Origin: Schmidtea polychroa
Lineage: Eukaryota
Direction: 5' to 3'
Assembly (NCBI GenBank): GCA_044892525.1
Contig: CM097886.1
Span: 61,690,001-61,754,000 of the forward strand
DNA: 64,000 nucleotides
Below the pieces are notes generated by a model. That model did no database searches. It was not told where the DNA came from and worked only from the letters and a program-made list of their open reading frames with translations. Below, piece after piece: positions 1 to 11,230 of the stretch. A program made the translations under genes and the position numbers. Within the stretch, counting starts at the first letter, position 1, and each line of letters opens with the position of its first letter.

Positions 1-164
1 AATCTAATATTTCATTTTAATATATTATTTTAAATCTTATATTTCATTGTATAGACCAAGGTTTACCAAACTTTTTCAGAGACGGAACACTTGGCAAATT
101 TGAAAATGTTGGCGGAACACTTAGCTTATTTTTTAAGTTGGGTAATTCATAATAGTCATAATTC

Positions 165-800
165 ATGTACATACCTAAAGTCCTACAACCGCTTGCGAAT
201 GGTGCAGTGAACGTCTTTGGGATGATTGCGGTTGGTTTGTTTAGCAATAAAGATGTTGAGGGTGATGTGAGTTGTGCCTCTGGACGGGATTGCGTGATTA
301 TAAACAAAGATCAAAACATGAAAGAGCATATTTTAACAAATTTATTGAAAGAATGAATTCTTCCCAAGAAGATCTAGGCAATTGACACAAAAGAAGAAGA
401 AATATTTCTATCTTAACATCCCATTTATCAGTGACATGCTCGACTTCAAGATCCTGAAAGAACTTAAACGCACCGGTCTTCCAATTCGGATAGCACATAA
501 ATCTTGGACATTGAGAAGGGCTCTGGCAAGCAACACAAATAGAGAAAACAATTGCACAATGGAAAACTGCCAGATACTGAAAGATAATGCATTAGAAAAA
601 ACATCATCTATTTCATCACTTGCAATGTATGCAAGGAAATCTACATTGGAAGTACACTCAGGAACTTGCACCAAAGAGTTAAAGAACATCTAGATCCTGG
701 TGAAAAATCCTCGATAAACAGACATCTCCAACAGTGTCAACCAACAAGGGAAAGAAAAAAAATATTTCAATATATTTGTAAATTGTCTATTTTATTGAAA
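165..800 (+). mobile_element. Penelope-like retroelement 3' fragment (GIY-YIG endonuclease), in the carboxypeptidase intron
   Basis: Joining frames of ORFs 382-693 and 666-884 gives LNIPFIS...IYFITCNVCKEIYIGSTLRNLHQRVKEH, a GIY-YIG motif with the PLE-type C..C; frameshifted. Confidence 0.8.
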
Positions 801-1241
801 TATTTAGTTAGTTATTGCGCAATGATATTATTAAAAGATATTACAAATCCCAGGAAAATAATTGCATCCGATAGAACCAAATAAAGATCGTTCACTCTGA
901 ATTTTTGTGAATTAACAATGAAACCTAACTTTTTTATAGAGACCCCTAATTAAAAATATTATGGATTCTGTAAAGTAGTTCAATTTTACTACAAAATTTT
1001 AAGAATAAATTTATATTTGCAATTTCTTTTCTTTTCTTTTTTCAAATGAAAATTGACTAGCCAATTCAACATTTGTGATTATTTTTGTATTTAATCTATT
1101 GTCACTCGTAAAATTTTATAAAATTTTAAATAAAAAAAAAATATTAATTTTATGGTGAGTCAAATAAAAAATGTATCTGATCATTTTACTGATTAAACAA
1201 AATTTTGTAAAATAATAGTGATAAATGAAAATTTTTCATAC

Positions 1242-2202
1242 TTCTTCATAATCCGCAAAGTGATCATTAATTGTTGGGCGAGTTGCGCTGAACATTTTCA
1301 TAAGCTTCACATTTTCATTCATTTCAGTCTCTTCGTTGATTATTCTTTAAAATAATTAAAATATTTAATTTTATATGCTTTATTACTCTTGGACATTATT
1401 AATTATAATTTTAAATTGAATCCCATATTTTGTCAATGATTCAATGAAGCTGTCAAAAGATTCTGGGCTCAGCATCACATGAGTAGAAGTAATTTTGCTT
1501 GGACCTTTCCAGATGTCTCCCTTGAGAAATAGTAAATATCAAAATTAACAATAAAAAAATTTATTAAAATTCACAATTCGAATATATTAATGTATAATAT
1601 ATTTTCATAATTACTAATAATTCCTAAAATAATCGGTGATGAAGTTATATTTAATAACAGTGGACAAATAGTATTTTTAATAATGATTATTTAAAAAATA
1701 TTATACAATACAATACAATTACAATACAATTTTTATAAATAAAATTTTCAAAATAAAAAAATATTTTATTATTAATTAGAATAAAATAATTTTTATTTTG
1801 TAAATTGTATTTATAAAAATTGTATTGTATTGTAAAAATTGTATTTTTAAAAAGATTTGATGTAATGATTTATGATAATAATTTATTATAATCTAAAAAA
1901 GTCAATTTGAATATAAAACATTTTGAAATTTGATGCAAAAATATTATAATAATAAGTTCAAATGACATTATCAATTAGAAAATTTAATTTTTTATTATAT
2001 AATTTTACTTGGTATTTTTCAGACATTTGGAAAACATATTTCATTTCTTCATCTGTTTTTAAATTCATTTCGATTACCTTATATCTGAAGATATAATAGT
2101 TAAAACAATTAATTAATTTACAAAAAAACACTACCCATTATATGACTCTAGACCTTGGGCAACACCCAGTAGTACAGCTACAAAAATAAATTTTAAATAC
2201 AT
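1242..2202 (-). CDS. M14A metallocarboxypeptidase (carboxypeptidase A/B-like), 5' part: signal peptide and activation propeptide; remaining exons lie left of the window
   Basis: Hand-spliced exons 2202-2135, 2084-2009, 1520-1387, 1344-1242 with GT-AG introns of 50, 488 and 42 nt give MYLKFIFVAVLLGVAQG-LESYNGYKVIEMNLKTDEEMKYVFQMSEKYQGDIWKGPSKITSTHVMLSPESFDSFIESLTKYGIQFKIIINNVQEIINEETEM...DHFADYEE. This matches the M14 propeptide pattern (Y.GYKV; D.W..P; L...GI.F.I.I.NVQ..I.EE) and ends at the conserved '..YEE|I' boundary. Catalytic exons were not seen. Confidence 0.85.
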
Positions 2203-2822
2203 TAATAGACTAAATTAATTTTTTTAATTAAAGTTTATATATTTAAAATGGTTAACATGTGTTAACAGTACTAAAACTTATTGCGGTAATTAGGCCGATT
2301 AGATAAATTATCGAAAAGTAAAGTTTTAAACAATTGATTGCATACATTACATAAAAAATACATAAAGTGCCGCTAATTTTATTTAGTATTAATAATTTAG
2401 TATTAATAAAACAAATAAAGTCGATTTCACATATAATCAAACCATTCTTTAATATTAATTATTAATCGATCTTATTTTATGAAAGCGTTCTTATGATATG
2501 AATATAGGGAGGGCGGTATTTCTTGAAATATCCGGAGTATTGAAATAGTGTGAATTTTACGATTGGTGAAAATTTTCAAGACTTTCAATATCCACCAATC
2601 AGCATTTAGTGTTTGACAAAATTAATGTTGGCAAAAATCGAGGAATGATGAAATCGTTTCGAAAATAAATATGTGTGGTTTTAATCGAATTTAATTAAAA
2701 ATTATGTTTTTGCAGTTCGTGTGACATCAATCGAATTATGATGTACGTTACAAGTAGTGCCGGTTCTGGTGGGGGTGAGCAGCTGCTAGAGACTGCTGAT
2801 TATAAAAAATCTCAATTTCTCA

Positions 2823-3036
2823 NNNNNNNNNNNNNNNNNNNNNNNNNNNNNNNNNNNNNNNNNNNNNNNNNNNNNNNNNNNNNNNNNNNNNNNNNNNNNN
2901 NNNNNNNNNNNNNNNNNNNNNNNNNNNNNNNNNNNNNNNNNNNNNNNNNNNNNNNNNNNNNNNNNNNNNNNNNNNNNNNNNNNNNNNNNNNNNNNNNNNN
3001 NNNNNNNNNNNNNNNNNNNNNNNNNNNNNNNNNNNN
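2823..3036. other. assembly gap (N run)
   Basis: Run of N. Confidence 1.
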
Positions 3037-4612
3037 TGAACTCTGTAAAAACATTACGTTTTTAAATTAATATATTTGTTCGTCCTATCCTATGTAAAAT
3101 ATGAATATTTTTGTATTTTTCCAAAATTTTTTTTAACGAAATAAGAGGGCGACAAAAAGTTAAGTTACACACGGGTGCCCAGGTACCCGAAACCGACCAC
3201 TGATTTAGGTCAAAGGGCAATGTAAATTTATTTTACGTTATCGCATTTTAAAGTTTCCTGTAATTGATGTTAAAAAGTGAGTTTCTGCAAAATTGAAATA
3301 TTTGAGAATAAGTAATTTTAATTAAAATTGTTATTTTGTTTGGAATAAAAATAATATAACAATTTTAGTTACAATAAAAATATATCAAAACTTTAAATCA
3401 TATAAAGATAGAGTTACTTCGGAAATTTCACAGAAAAGTAAATCTTCCTAAAGGAGGTTAACTTAATATTAATTCGTTGATATTTTATGGGGTGGTTATT
3501 ATTTTAGTCATTATCTTTCATTAATTGTTTATGGTGAATTCACACATAATATATTCGTCCAAAAATAAAAAAAAAATTTTCTCTTAAGGGATAACGTCAA
3601 TAATTGTGGTTTAAACCGTTTTACTAAGAGTTTCTTTAAAAAGTCTACCAAATTTAATACTTAATTCTTATTTATCTTTTACTTGTAATTATTAATTCAT
3701 TGATTGTCAAAAAATGAATTTTGTTTATTAATTTGAATTTGTTAAAATTAATTAATTTGCAATTCTCGAGACCTACTATCAATTAAAAATTACTTTTCCA
3801 TTGCAGACTCTTTCTACTTTTCCCTTCAGAATATGTCAAATTTTACACTGACGCCATTAAATAATTTTTAATTATTTTGCACAATCCTGAAACTAACTCC
3901 AAATTATGTGTTAACTACAACAGTAGGTAACAGTTAAAAATATATTTTAATCTGTCCTAGATAATATGAAAAAAGACAAAAATATTAATGAAATTTGTTT
4001 AAAAAGAACTTCACATGTTTTAAACAATCAATGATTAATTTTCTCATTTGAAAACAGTTTGAAATAATTATTTGAGTTAAAAAATTGCCAATTAATTTAA
4101 ATTCTGAGATAAAATTAGAATAAAATCTAGAAAATTAATCCAATTATTTATTTTTCACATTCAATTAAAAAATTCAATTCTGCTTGTTTCAATTAAATGT
4201 CTATTGTGTTTTAATTATCTACGAAATATATATTAACAAATTAAATATCTAATTATTTATTTAGATTATTTATTATATAGTAATTAAGTGTAAGTGATAA
4301 TAAGTAAGGATAAAACTACAAACGATAAAAAACAATTCAAGTGATACAATGAAACTAATGATTTAATTATTTCTACTTATTTTCCTTTAAATCAGCTGAA
4401 ACTATGACAAAAAGCTGGTTTAATAAATAAACTGATATTAGTTAGACAATATTATTATTATTATTATTACCAACAATTGGCATGAATAGGAAAAGTCTCA
4501 ACATTATCTCACTCTATCGATTTTTCTCTCCCATTCAGTTGGTTTGTCAACAAACTCAGTTATTGATGGAAATTTTTAACAAATCAAATTCATCTATTTA
4601 ATAACAGGTTTT

Positions 4613-5350
4613 ATGAAACAAGCAAACGTTGATTTAGAAGATGAAAGTTCTAAAGATCGGAAACGTGAAGATGATAAAAGAATCGTTTTCGCAGTAAAAT
4701 ACACATGGATATCATTAATCGGTGGAGGTTTATTATTCATATGCGGAATCGTATTATTTGGATTAGTTTTCAAATTTCATGACGCCGAACAGCTCATTAA
4801 CAACAAAAACAAAAGCCAACGATCAACGAGTCTTGTTATGACTTTGATTTTAAAACACGTTTCTCCGTTTCTTTGTGGAATCGGTGCGTTCTCTATAATC
4901 ATTAGCGGTGTAGTTAAGCTAGAGATATATCAACAGAAAATCCGACTAAGAGAAGTATTCGATTTGAAACCAGAAAAATCATCAAAATTCCAGGTAAAAT
5001 CTTTTCGAAATTGTTTCAATCAAATCAAAAGAAATACGACGGTGAATCATCTTGAAGAAAAGAAACAACTCAACAGAGTATTTCACAGATTTCCCACAAC
5101 CAAAAGCAGTAATAAAACGTCTGATTTAGTTCGGAATAATAATGTGATTCAAAGAAATATTAAAAACCATTTGGATATCAACAGTGATAGGAAATCTAAA
5201 AATTCAACAATTCAACATATTCTGTCAGCCGTTGGGTATTTGCCACTATTTTTAGGTATAACCGATATCGACGATAAAGCCATATCCCGAAAACCATCAA
5301 TCTATAGAAGCAAAGAGAGTATAAATCATTTAAAAGAGGATGTAAACTAA
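4613..5350 (+). CDS. two-transmembrane membrane protein, weakly TMEM200/DUF2371-like, with a long basic cytoplasmic tail
   Basis: 245-aa uninterrupted ORF in very AT-rich DNA. Two hydrophobic segments (YTWISLIGGGLLFICGIVLFGLVF; PFLCGIGAFSIIISGVVKLE), the second resembling the TMEM200 'P..MGIG.F.FI.A..V..E' pattern. An acceptor 'aacag' at 4603-4607 suggests a small upstream exon (e.g. ATG 4482-4494, MNRKS). Confidence 0.7.
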   Translation: MKQANVDLEDESSKDRKREDDKRIVFAVKYTWISLIGGGLLFICGIVLFGLVFKFHDAEQLINNKNKSQRSTSLVMTLILKHVSPFLCGIGAFSIIISGVVKLEIYQQKIRLREVFDLKPEKSSKFQVKSFRNCFNQIKRNTTVNHLEEKKQLNRVFHRFPTTKSSNKTSDLVRNNNVIQRNIKNHLDINSDRKSKNSTIQHILSAVGYLPLFLGITDIDDKAISRKPSIYRSKESINHLKEDVN

Positions 5351-6539
5351 AACTAAAAATCATTTTATTTTTCGCTTTCAATATTTTTTAAATTCTAGTT
5401 TTTTAAATATAAATATAATTTTCATTACAAAAGTAAATTGATTAAAACAATTCATCATTAAAATACAATTAACAAAAAAACTCTAAATTAATTTCTATGT
5501 TAAATTGCTTTATTGTTTGAGAAATAGCGGGAGGCTAATTTAATTTGATTTTTTCACAATTTTTAACTAAAAATTTTAATAAATTAAAAACAATAATGGT
5601 CAACCAATTTTATTACCGACTAAATATTTAAAAATTCAACTAGTTTTGGTAAATAAAGCTTCAAATATACAAGTGGTGTTATGAGTATAAATTTTAGTCT
5701 TTGTCATGATTGGCATGTTTTTTAAACATCGCCAAACCTGAGATTCTTGTGTACATACTGACATACAGCCATGGAGTGCCATACAGAAAGATGAAGAATT
5801 CACTGATGCATGATAAGCGTGGTAAGTACTCATCAGTATTCTCATCAGATACAAACAAAATTACTAAATAAAAGACACGCCTTTTATCTTATAATTATCG
5901 CAAGCTGTACAAAACAGAAACCGTTTTTCTGAGCCTTATTCATAATCATATTACACTTTAATAATTTATTACCTTTGTTAATAAATTATGATTGTCACAG
6001 GATGTCCTGGATAACTTAGCATATTCGATTTCATAGACAAATGCTTGTGTAAAGACAGATCCATATTTAAATACACCAACTTCTGTTTCCTTCGCCATTT
6101 TTACCCGGTAAAAATCAGTGCTTCAGAAATAATTTAAATTTTTTTAAATCTAGCAACTCCAAGTTGAAAGCAAAATTTATAACAGACCGAATAGGATATT
6201 ATAATAAAAATGTAAAATACATAAACGGTTTATTTTAAATTAAATTTTTTTAAGTGATTTGTTTATATATAGTAATAAATTAAATAGAAAATGTTTACAA
6301 AAATTTAATGTGACATGTTCTAAAGATGCTGAAAATGGATACAAGAAATTGATGATACTTCTAGTAATAGACCTTGACATCAGCAAAATAATTTTGATAA
6401 ACATCCTAAATATGTAAATGATAATGAGTTTGATAGCATCGGAAGATACCAAAGAGAAATTATTTACAACGAAAGTTGGGGTTTAAAACCTTGGCAGTTT
6501 GAGACCATAAATTCAGGAAACAGATAAGGGATACAAGAT

Positions 6540-7510
6540 TTTATTGAATAGCTCCAAAATGAAAATCACAGTCTAATAAATGTTTTTGGCATCCTGTTGA
6601 GAACCAAAGTTGCAAATAACTACGATTTGAGAAGTTTACCTTGAATTTATTGGAGGAGTTAATAAAATGTAATTGTTTGAAGTGAAACATTTGGAGATAA
6701 ATAATATGGGAACTGATATAGTCAATTAGATTTCTTAGACTTCGAGCATACACAAAGAGCTACAAGAGAACTCGGTAACTAGGAAGCTACAATTAAAAGT
6801 TGAAAGATTTTTATGGTTTCAAAATTTGATCTTGGATTTACAATATTAGTCATTCATAAATCAAAAAAAAATGGAGGATTGATTACGCATACTGCTCGAA
6901 GACAACCTATACACGTAGAAAAGAAAATAAATCTTATCAAAGGGTTAATGAAAACACAAGTCATTAGGAAATGTAAAAGCGCTTGGAAGGCTCCGTTAAT
7001 GAAAGATGGAAACATCAGAATATGTATTGATTACAGGGTTCCAAAACTCTAAAAAAAAAGAGGTTTCCCGATTTCTGATACATGATGCTTATTAGATTAT
7101 CTTGCAGATTCAAAATAAATTTCTTCATTTGACCAAGAACAAGCTTATTACCGAGTTCATGTGGCTCCAAATCCTAAAATTAATTGCTCTCGGAAGGAAA
7201 GTTTTTTTCAACAGATAAACTTTTGAATTAGCAATATGTATTATTTGTGAAGGAGTTTTTGTCTATTTAGATGTCATTTTAATATATGGAAAAACAATAG
7301 AAGAACACAATATAATGCTGGAATTAAAAACGCAGAGTTAAAGATTAATCCGAAAAATGCAAGTCATAGAAACTAATAAATTCTTCTCGGCAATATTGTA
7401 AATGCAAATGTTATTCAAACAAATGATTAAAAGCTTAAAGAAATAAAAAATGCAAATATACACAAATGTACAAAACAGTTATGACCGTTCTTAAGATGTC
7501 GTTCTTTGAC
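6540..7510 (+). mobile_element. degenerate Ty3/Gypsy pol fragment (protease end to RT)
   Basis: ORF 6813-7052 contains RRQPIHVE...IRKCKSAWKAPL..KDGNIRICIDYR; RT remnants (YLDVILIYGKTIEEH) follow with stops. Confidence 0.75.
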
Positions 7511-7970
7511 ATAAGAATACATAATGTTAATAAGGTTAATACAATGTCATATAAAATACGTCAAAATCTTGAAATATAGGCAAGTCGAATTTTTTGTTAT
7601 AATTTAGATTTTGTCCTTTTATTTAATTATTTTATTTATTATATTTTATTAATTAAACTACTTTATTTTAATTTCTTACTTTATTTAATTATGTTTATTT
7701 TTTATATTTTATTTTGTTTGATTTACTTTTAATAAATTGTAACAAGACCGTGAATTATTACAATATCATTCCGATTAGAACAAAAATTTGAAGTAGTAAT
7801 AACTTGATTTTAATATAAAAAACTAATATAAAGATTAAAAGAATATTAAATTTTTAATAAATGAACACGGAAATTATAATTACTGATTATCTAAATTTCT
7901 CTTAAATGTTATAATGCAATTGTTGACAATAAATAAAATTGCCAAATTAAATAATAAGCCAAATAATTTG

Positions 7971-7972
<2 letters not shown>

Positions 7973-8022
<50 letters not shown>
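7973..8022. repeat. (AT)n microsatellite, about 25 units
   Basis: Perfect dinucleotide run. Confidence 0.95.
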
Positions 8023-8026
<4 letters not shown>

Positions 8027-8559
8027 TTTAATTAATTTTTCAGGAGTTTTAGATGTTATTATTATTATTTGGAATTATTTCAATATAATGTGAGTTTTAT
8101 TATTATTTTATTAAGTAATTAAGTAACAAATACAATTTATTAATTTATTAATACAGTTTATTAAATTTTTTATATTTATAAATTATATTTCTGATTGATT
8201 CTTAGCGAATTCTTAATAATCGCCCGAAATTATAAAAATCTATAGAAATATTAAATTTTAAATTTAGGTTAATCTAATTTACGATTTTCTAGTTTTTTCC
8301 CAACATCGAACGGCAAAATTGAGATTTCAAGGAAATGTGAAATACTAAAAAACTATTAAATTTATTAAAAATTTAAGATAAATCTTACAAAATAATGTCT
8401 ACATTATCTATAGAACTCAAAGTTGAGTTTTCGGAATTTTCGTTATAAGTTTTTTCATTCATTTTTTTCTAAAAAATTCTAAAAATGTCTGTAAATGATT
8501 GATTATAGTGCGTTTATTCATTGCAACGATTCTACATATCGAAAAATTGCATGCCTTTA

Positions 8560-10000
8560 TTACTATGTGTTGGAATCCGTATCCTTGCAGAGATTTGAAA
8601 ATAAGCGACTGTTAAGGGCATGGCTCTTAATAAAATTTATAATCTTTACAGCATTCTGAAGCACATCGTTCAATTCTGGTGCTAATTTTTTTGATGCAAG
8701 GGCCTCTCTATGAATAAGACAGTGAGTAAAAGTTATATGATCATAAGGAGCAGCTTGAAAAAATGATTTAAAACCAATATTTTTGCCCGTCATCGCTCTT
8801 GCACCATCTGTGCATATTCCACAGCAATTTTTTCATTCTAAACCTTCAGTTTTTAAAAATTCGTCAACTTTACAATATATGTCTTTCCCTGTAGTATGGT
8901 CTTTCATAGGACGAGAAAATAACAATTCTTCCTCCACGTTTTCTTTATAAACGTACCTGACATATACTAACAACTGAGCCAATTTAGTAATATCCGTTGT
9001 TTCATCCAAATGAATTGAAATTTTTGGGCTTTCTTTAATTCTTGCAATAAGTTGCACTAATTGGTCCTTGTTAATATCAAAATTCTATTCGCGACAGTGT
9101 CGTTCGACAAAGGAATTTTTCGAATATCATCGCCATATTTACTTTCATGTAGTATTTCTAAGATCTTCTCCGATGGTGACCGGCTTTTTCTTTTTAGCAA
9201 TACAGTATGAAACTTCATATGACGCTAATAAATATTTTTCATTAACGGTCATAAATTTTTGAAAGGATTTTTTTTCTTTATTTAAAGATTTATACAATCT
9301 TTCAAAATATTCTTTTGGTTTATTGACATACGAAACATGCTTTGATTCAAGATGTCTTTTTAATTTTGATGGTTTCATACTCTCCGCAGCCAATAATTCA
9401 TTGCAGATCAAACAAAGAGGTTGTTCATTACCATTACAAATTTGAAATGTAAAGCCAAATTGAAGAAAAGACTCATCATATTTTCTTTTTCGCACATTAA
9501 ATGGCTGTTTTTCAATACTTTGTCCTGCTTGAGGAGAGTTTGTAGCATTATCATCTGCGTCATTATCATTCTTATTTAAGTTCAGCCATTTATCCATGGC
9601 CAAAAATTATTTTGATTCTAAAATCCAATAAATATATAAAAATAACATATTGCATATAATAATTGTCATTAAAAAATGTCATTAAATTTAATAACACATA
9701 AAAATTTCACAAATATTACTTTTAAATGAAGTTCAATAAAATTAATATAATTTTAATAAATAAACAAAAGTAGTACATTAATTTATACTATAAATTTTAT
9801 ACTATTCTGATATATTATAAATTAATCGAAAAGTAATTTTCGAAAACAAAATATTTTTAGAGTTAAAAAACATTAAATAGTCATTAATTTTAAAAACAAA
9901 ATCGTGTATTTAAATATTTGGCATTAAAAATCTCTCGCGACCCCAGAATTATGCTAAGCGACCCCATTTGGGGTCGCGACCCATAGTTTAAGAAGGCCTG
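8560..10000 (-). mobile_element. hAT Buster-type DNA transposon, 5' half, frameshifted transposase
   Basis: ORFs 9145-9603 (BED-type PLCLIC...KPSKLKRHLESKH), 8833-9057 (SIHLDETTD) and 8563-8793 (CTDGA upstream; HCLIHREALA). Terminus CAGGCCTTCTTAAAC...GGGTCGCGACCC at 10000, flanked by an nnnTAnnn 8-mer (cattatag, 10001-10008). 3' end missing. Confidence 0.9.
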
Positions 10001-10345
10001 CATTATAGGATGCGTTTATTCAGTGCAAACTGGTGAATAACACACACAGACAAATTTGCACGCACTTTTCGTATATTAGATCTTTCGAGAAAAACTGTAT
10101 TGGAATTATATTGGTAAATTTTGTTGTATAAAATAAAATTTTTAAAAACAAACGTTTTCATCTTATTTCATATTTATACAAGAACCAGTACTGTTGGGGT
10201 TTTCAAATAGTGAGACCTCAACATCATTATTTTGATATTGCTACATTACCTCAAATGTATACGTTTTTTCAAATATTTAACAGATATACTGTATACGGTA
10301 TTGTTTTTTAACTTATAATAATATCGCTGAAATGAACATGTAGTA

Positions 10346-10455
10346 CCGTATTTTACCGCATATAACCCGAGGGTTATACCAAATTTTAAATACCCCATGG
10401 GGAAGGTGCGGGGCATATATGGGTGCGCGTTATCTGCGTACGAGGGAAAATACGG
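10346..10455. mobile_element. Tc1/mariner-superfamily (pogo-like) MITE, 110 bp
   Basis: TA|CCGTATTTTACC ... GGAAAATACGG|TA: terminal inverted repeats with TA on both sides. Confidence 0.75.
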
Positions 10456-11049
10456 TAACTACTTTCATTTGGATATTGTAATCAATATATTCTTTCAAAA
10501 TAGCTACTCACCTAAATTCTGCAAGACAATTGACTTTTAAAAAGATTTCACCGTAGCTCAACCATTCCACCAATACCTACCATTAATCACATACTTGGGT
10601 CATGTTTTAACTTTACTGTCAAGTGCAGCGTTTCTTCTAAGCTGGCGCCTCAATCAACAATTCCACCAATTTATCAACAATTTTTAATGAATTTTCAAAA
10701 GTAAATCATAAAGACCATGACCATGACCATTTCACTTACATTTAAATTCACAAAAACTTTCAAACGAAGTATAAAAACCAGTATTAGTTGGTTTTCTCTA
10801 TTAAGAGAAGAAAGAAATTTATACACAAATCCACGGTGCACAAAATATTTAGGCACCTAAACGCAAAAAATAAAAGCGTGTCAACTGCGCAATTGGATAT
10901 GTTGTTCTTATTTAATTATTATAAGTTAACGTTTTAATAGTTCTACACCAAAGCGCATTTGATTTCGATGGGGTTCAAAAATGGATTATATGGCAACTTT
11001 TCTATTTGAATAGTCAATGAAGATATATTATTGTAAATGGATTAGCTCA

Positions 11050-11230
11050 TCATTGAAAATTGAGACCTCGATTTTTTGGTAAATTGTTATAAATTCTATT
11101 GTCTACTCGTGATCTACCGAAGCTCTTGTTCGTCCATCTATTGAAGAGCATTCATCTATGTATTTCTTGAAATGAAATAGTCGATTCTGATGAAGTTTCT
11201 GACATATTCTTGTATATTTTTTATAATTAA
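11050..11230 (-). mobile_element. possible mariner transposase N-terminal remnant
   Basis: Decayed 'DEQ-RSGRP'-like codons (gacgaacaagagcttcggtagatcac); weak. Confidence 0.3.

Noticed and set aside
2252-2440. Hydrophobic minus-strand ORF as the carboxypeptidase signal-peptide exon
   Set aside because: An in-frame ATG at 2202 already gives a canonical 17-aa signal peptide with no extra intron; this ORF is AT-rich noise or 5' flank.
2755-3202. Possible hAT MITE (TAGTGCCGGTT ... AACCGACCACTG) spanning the N gap
   Set aside because: TIR match is short, no 8-bp TSD is present, and the interior is mostly gap.
4613-5350. Idea that the two-TM protein is an OSR1/SPAK docking partner encoded nearby
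   Set aside because: No RFxV/I motif in the sequence; proximity alone is not evidence.
5829-5848. Two CTGATGAG motifs (minus strand) suggesting hammerhead ribozymes near retroelements
   Set aside because: No stem II-GAAA-stem III-UH arrangement could be built on either side.
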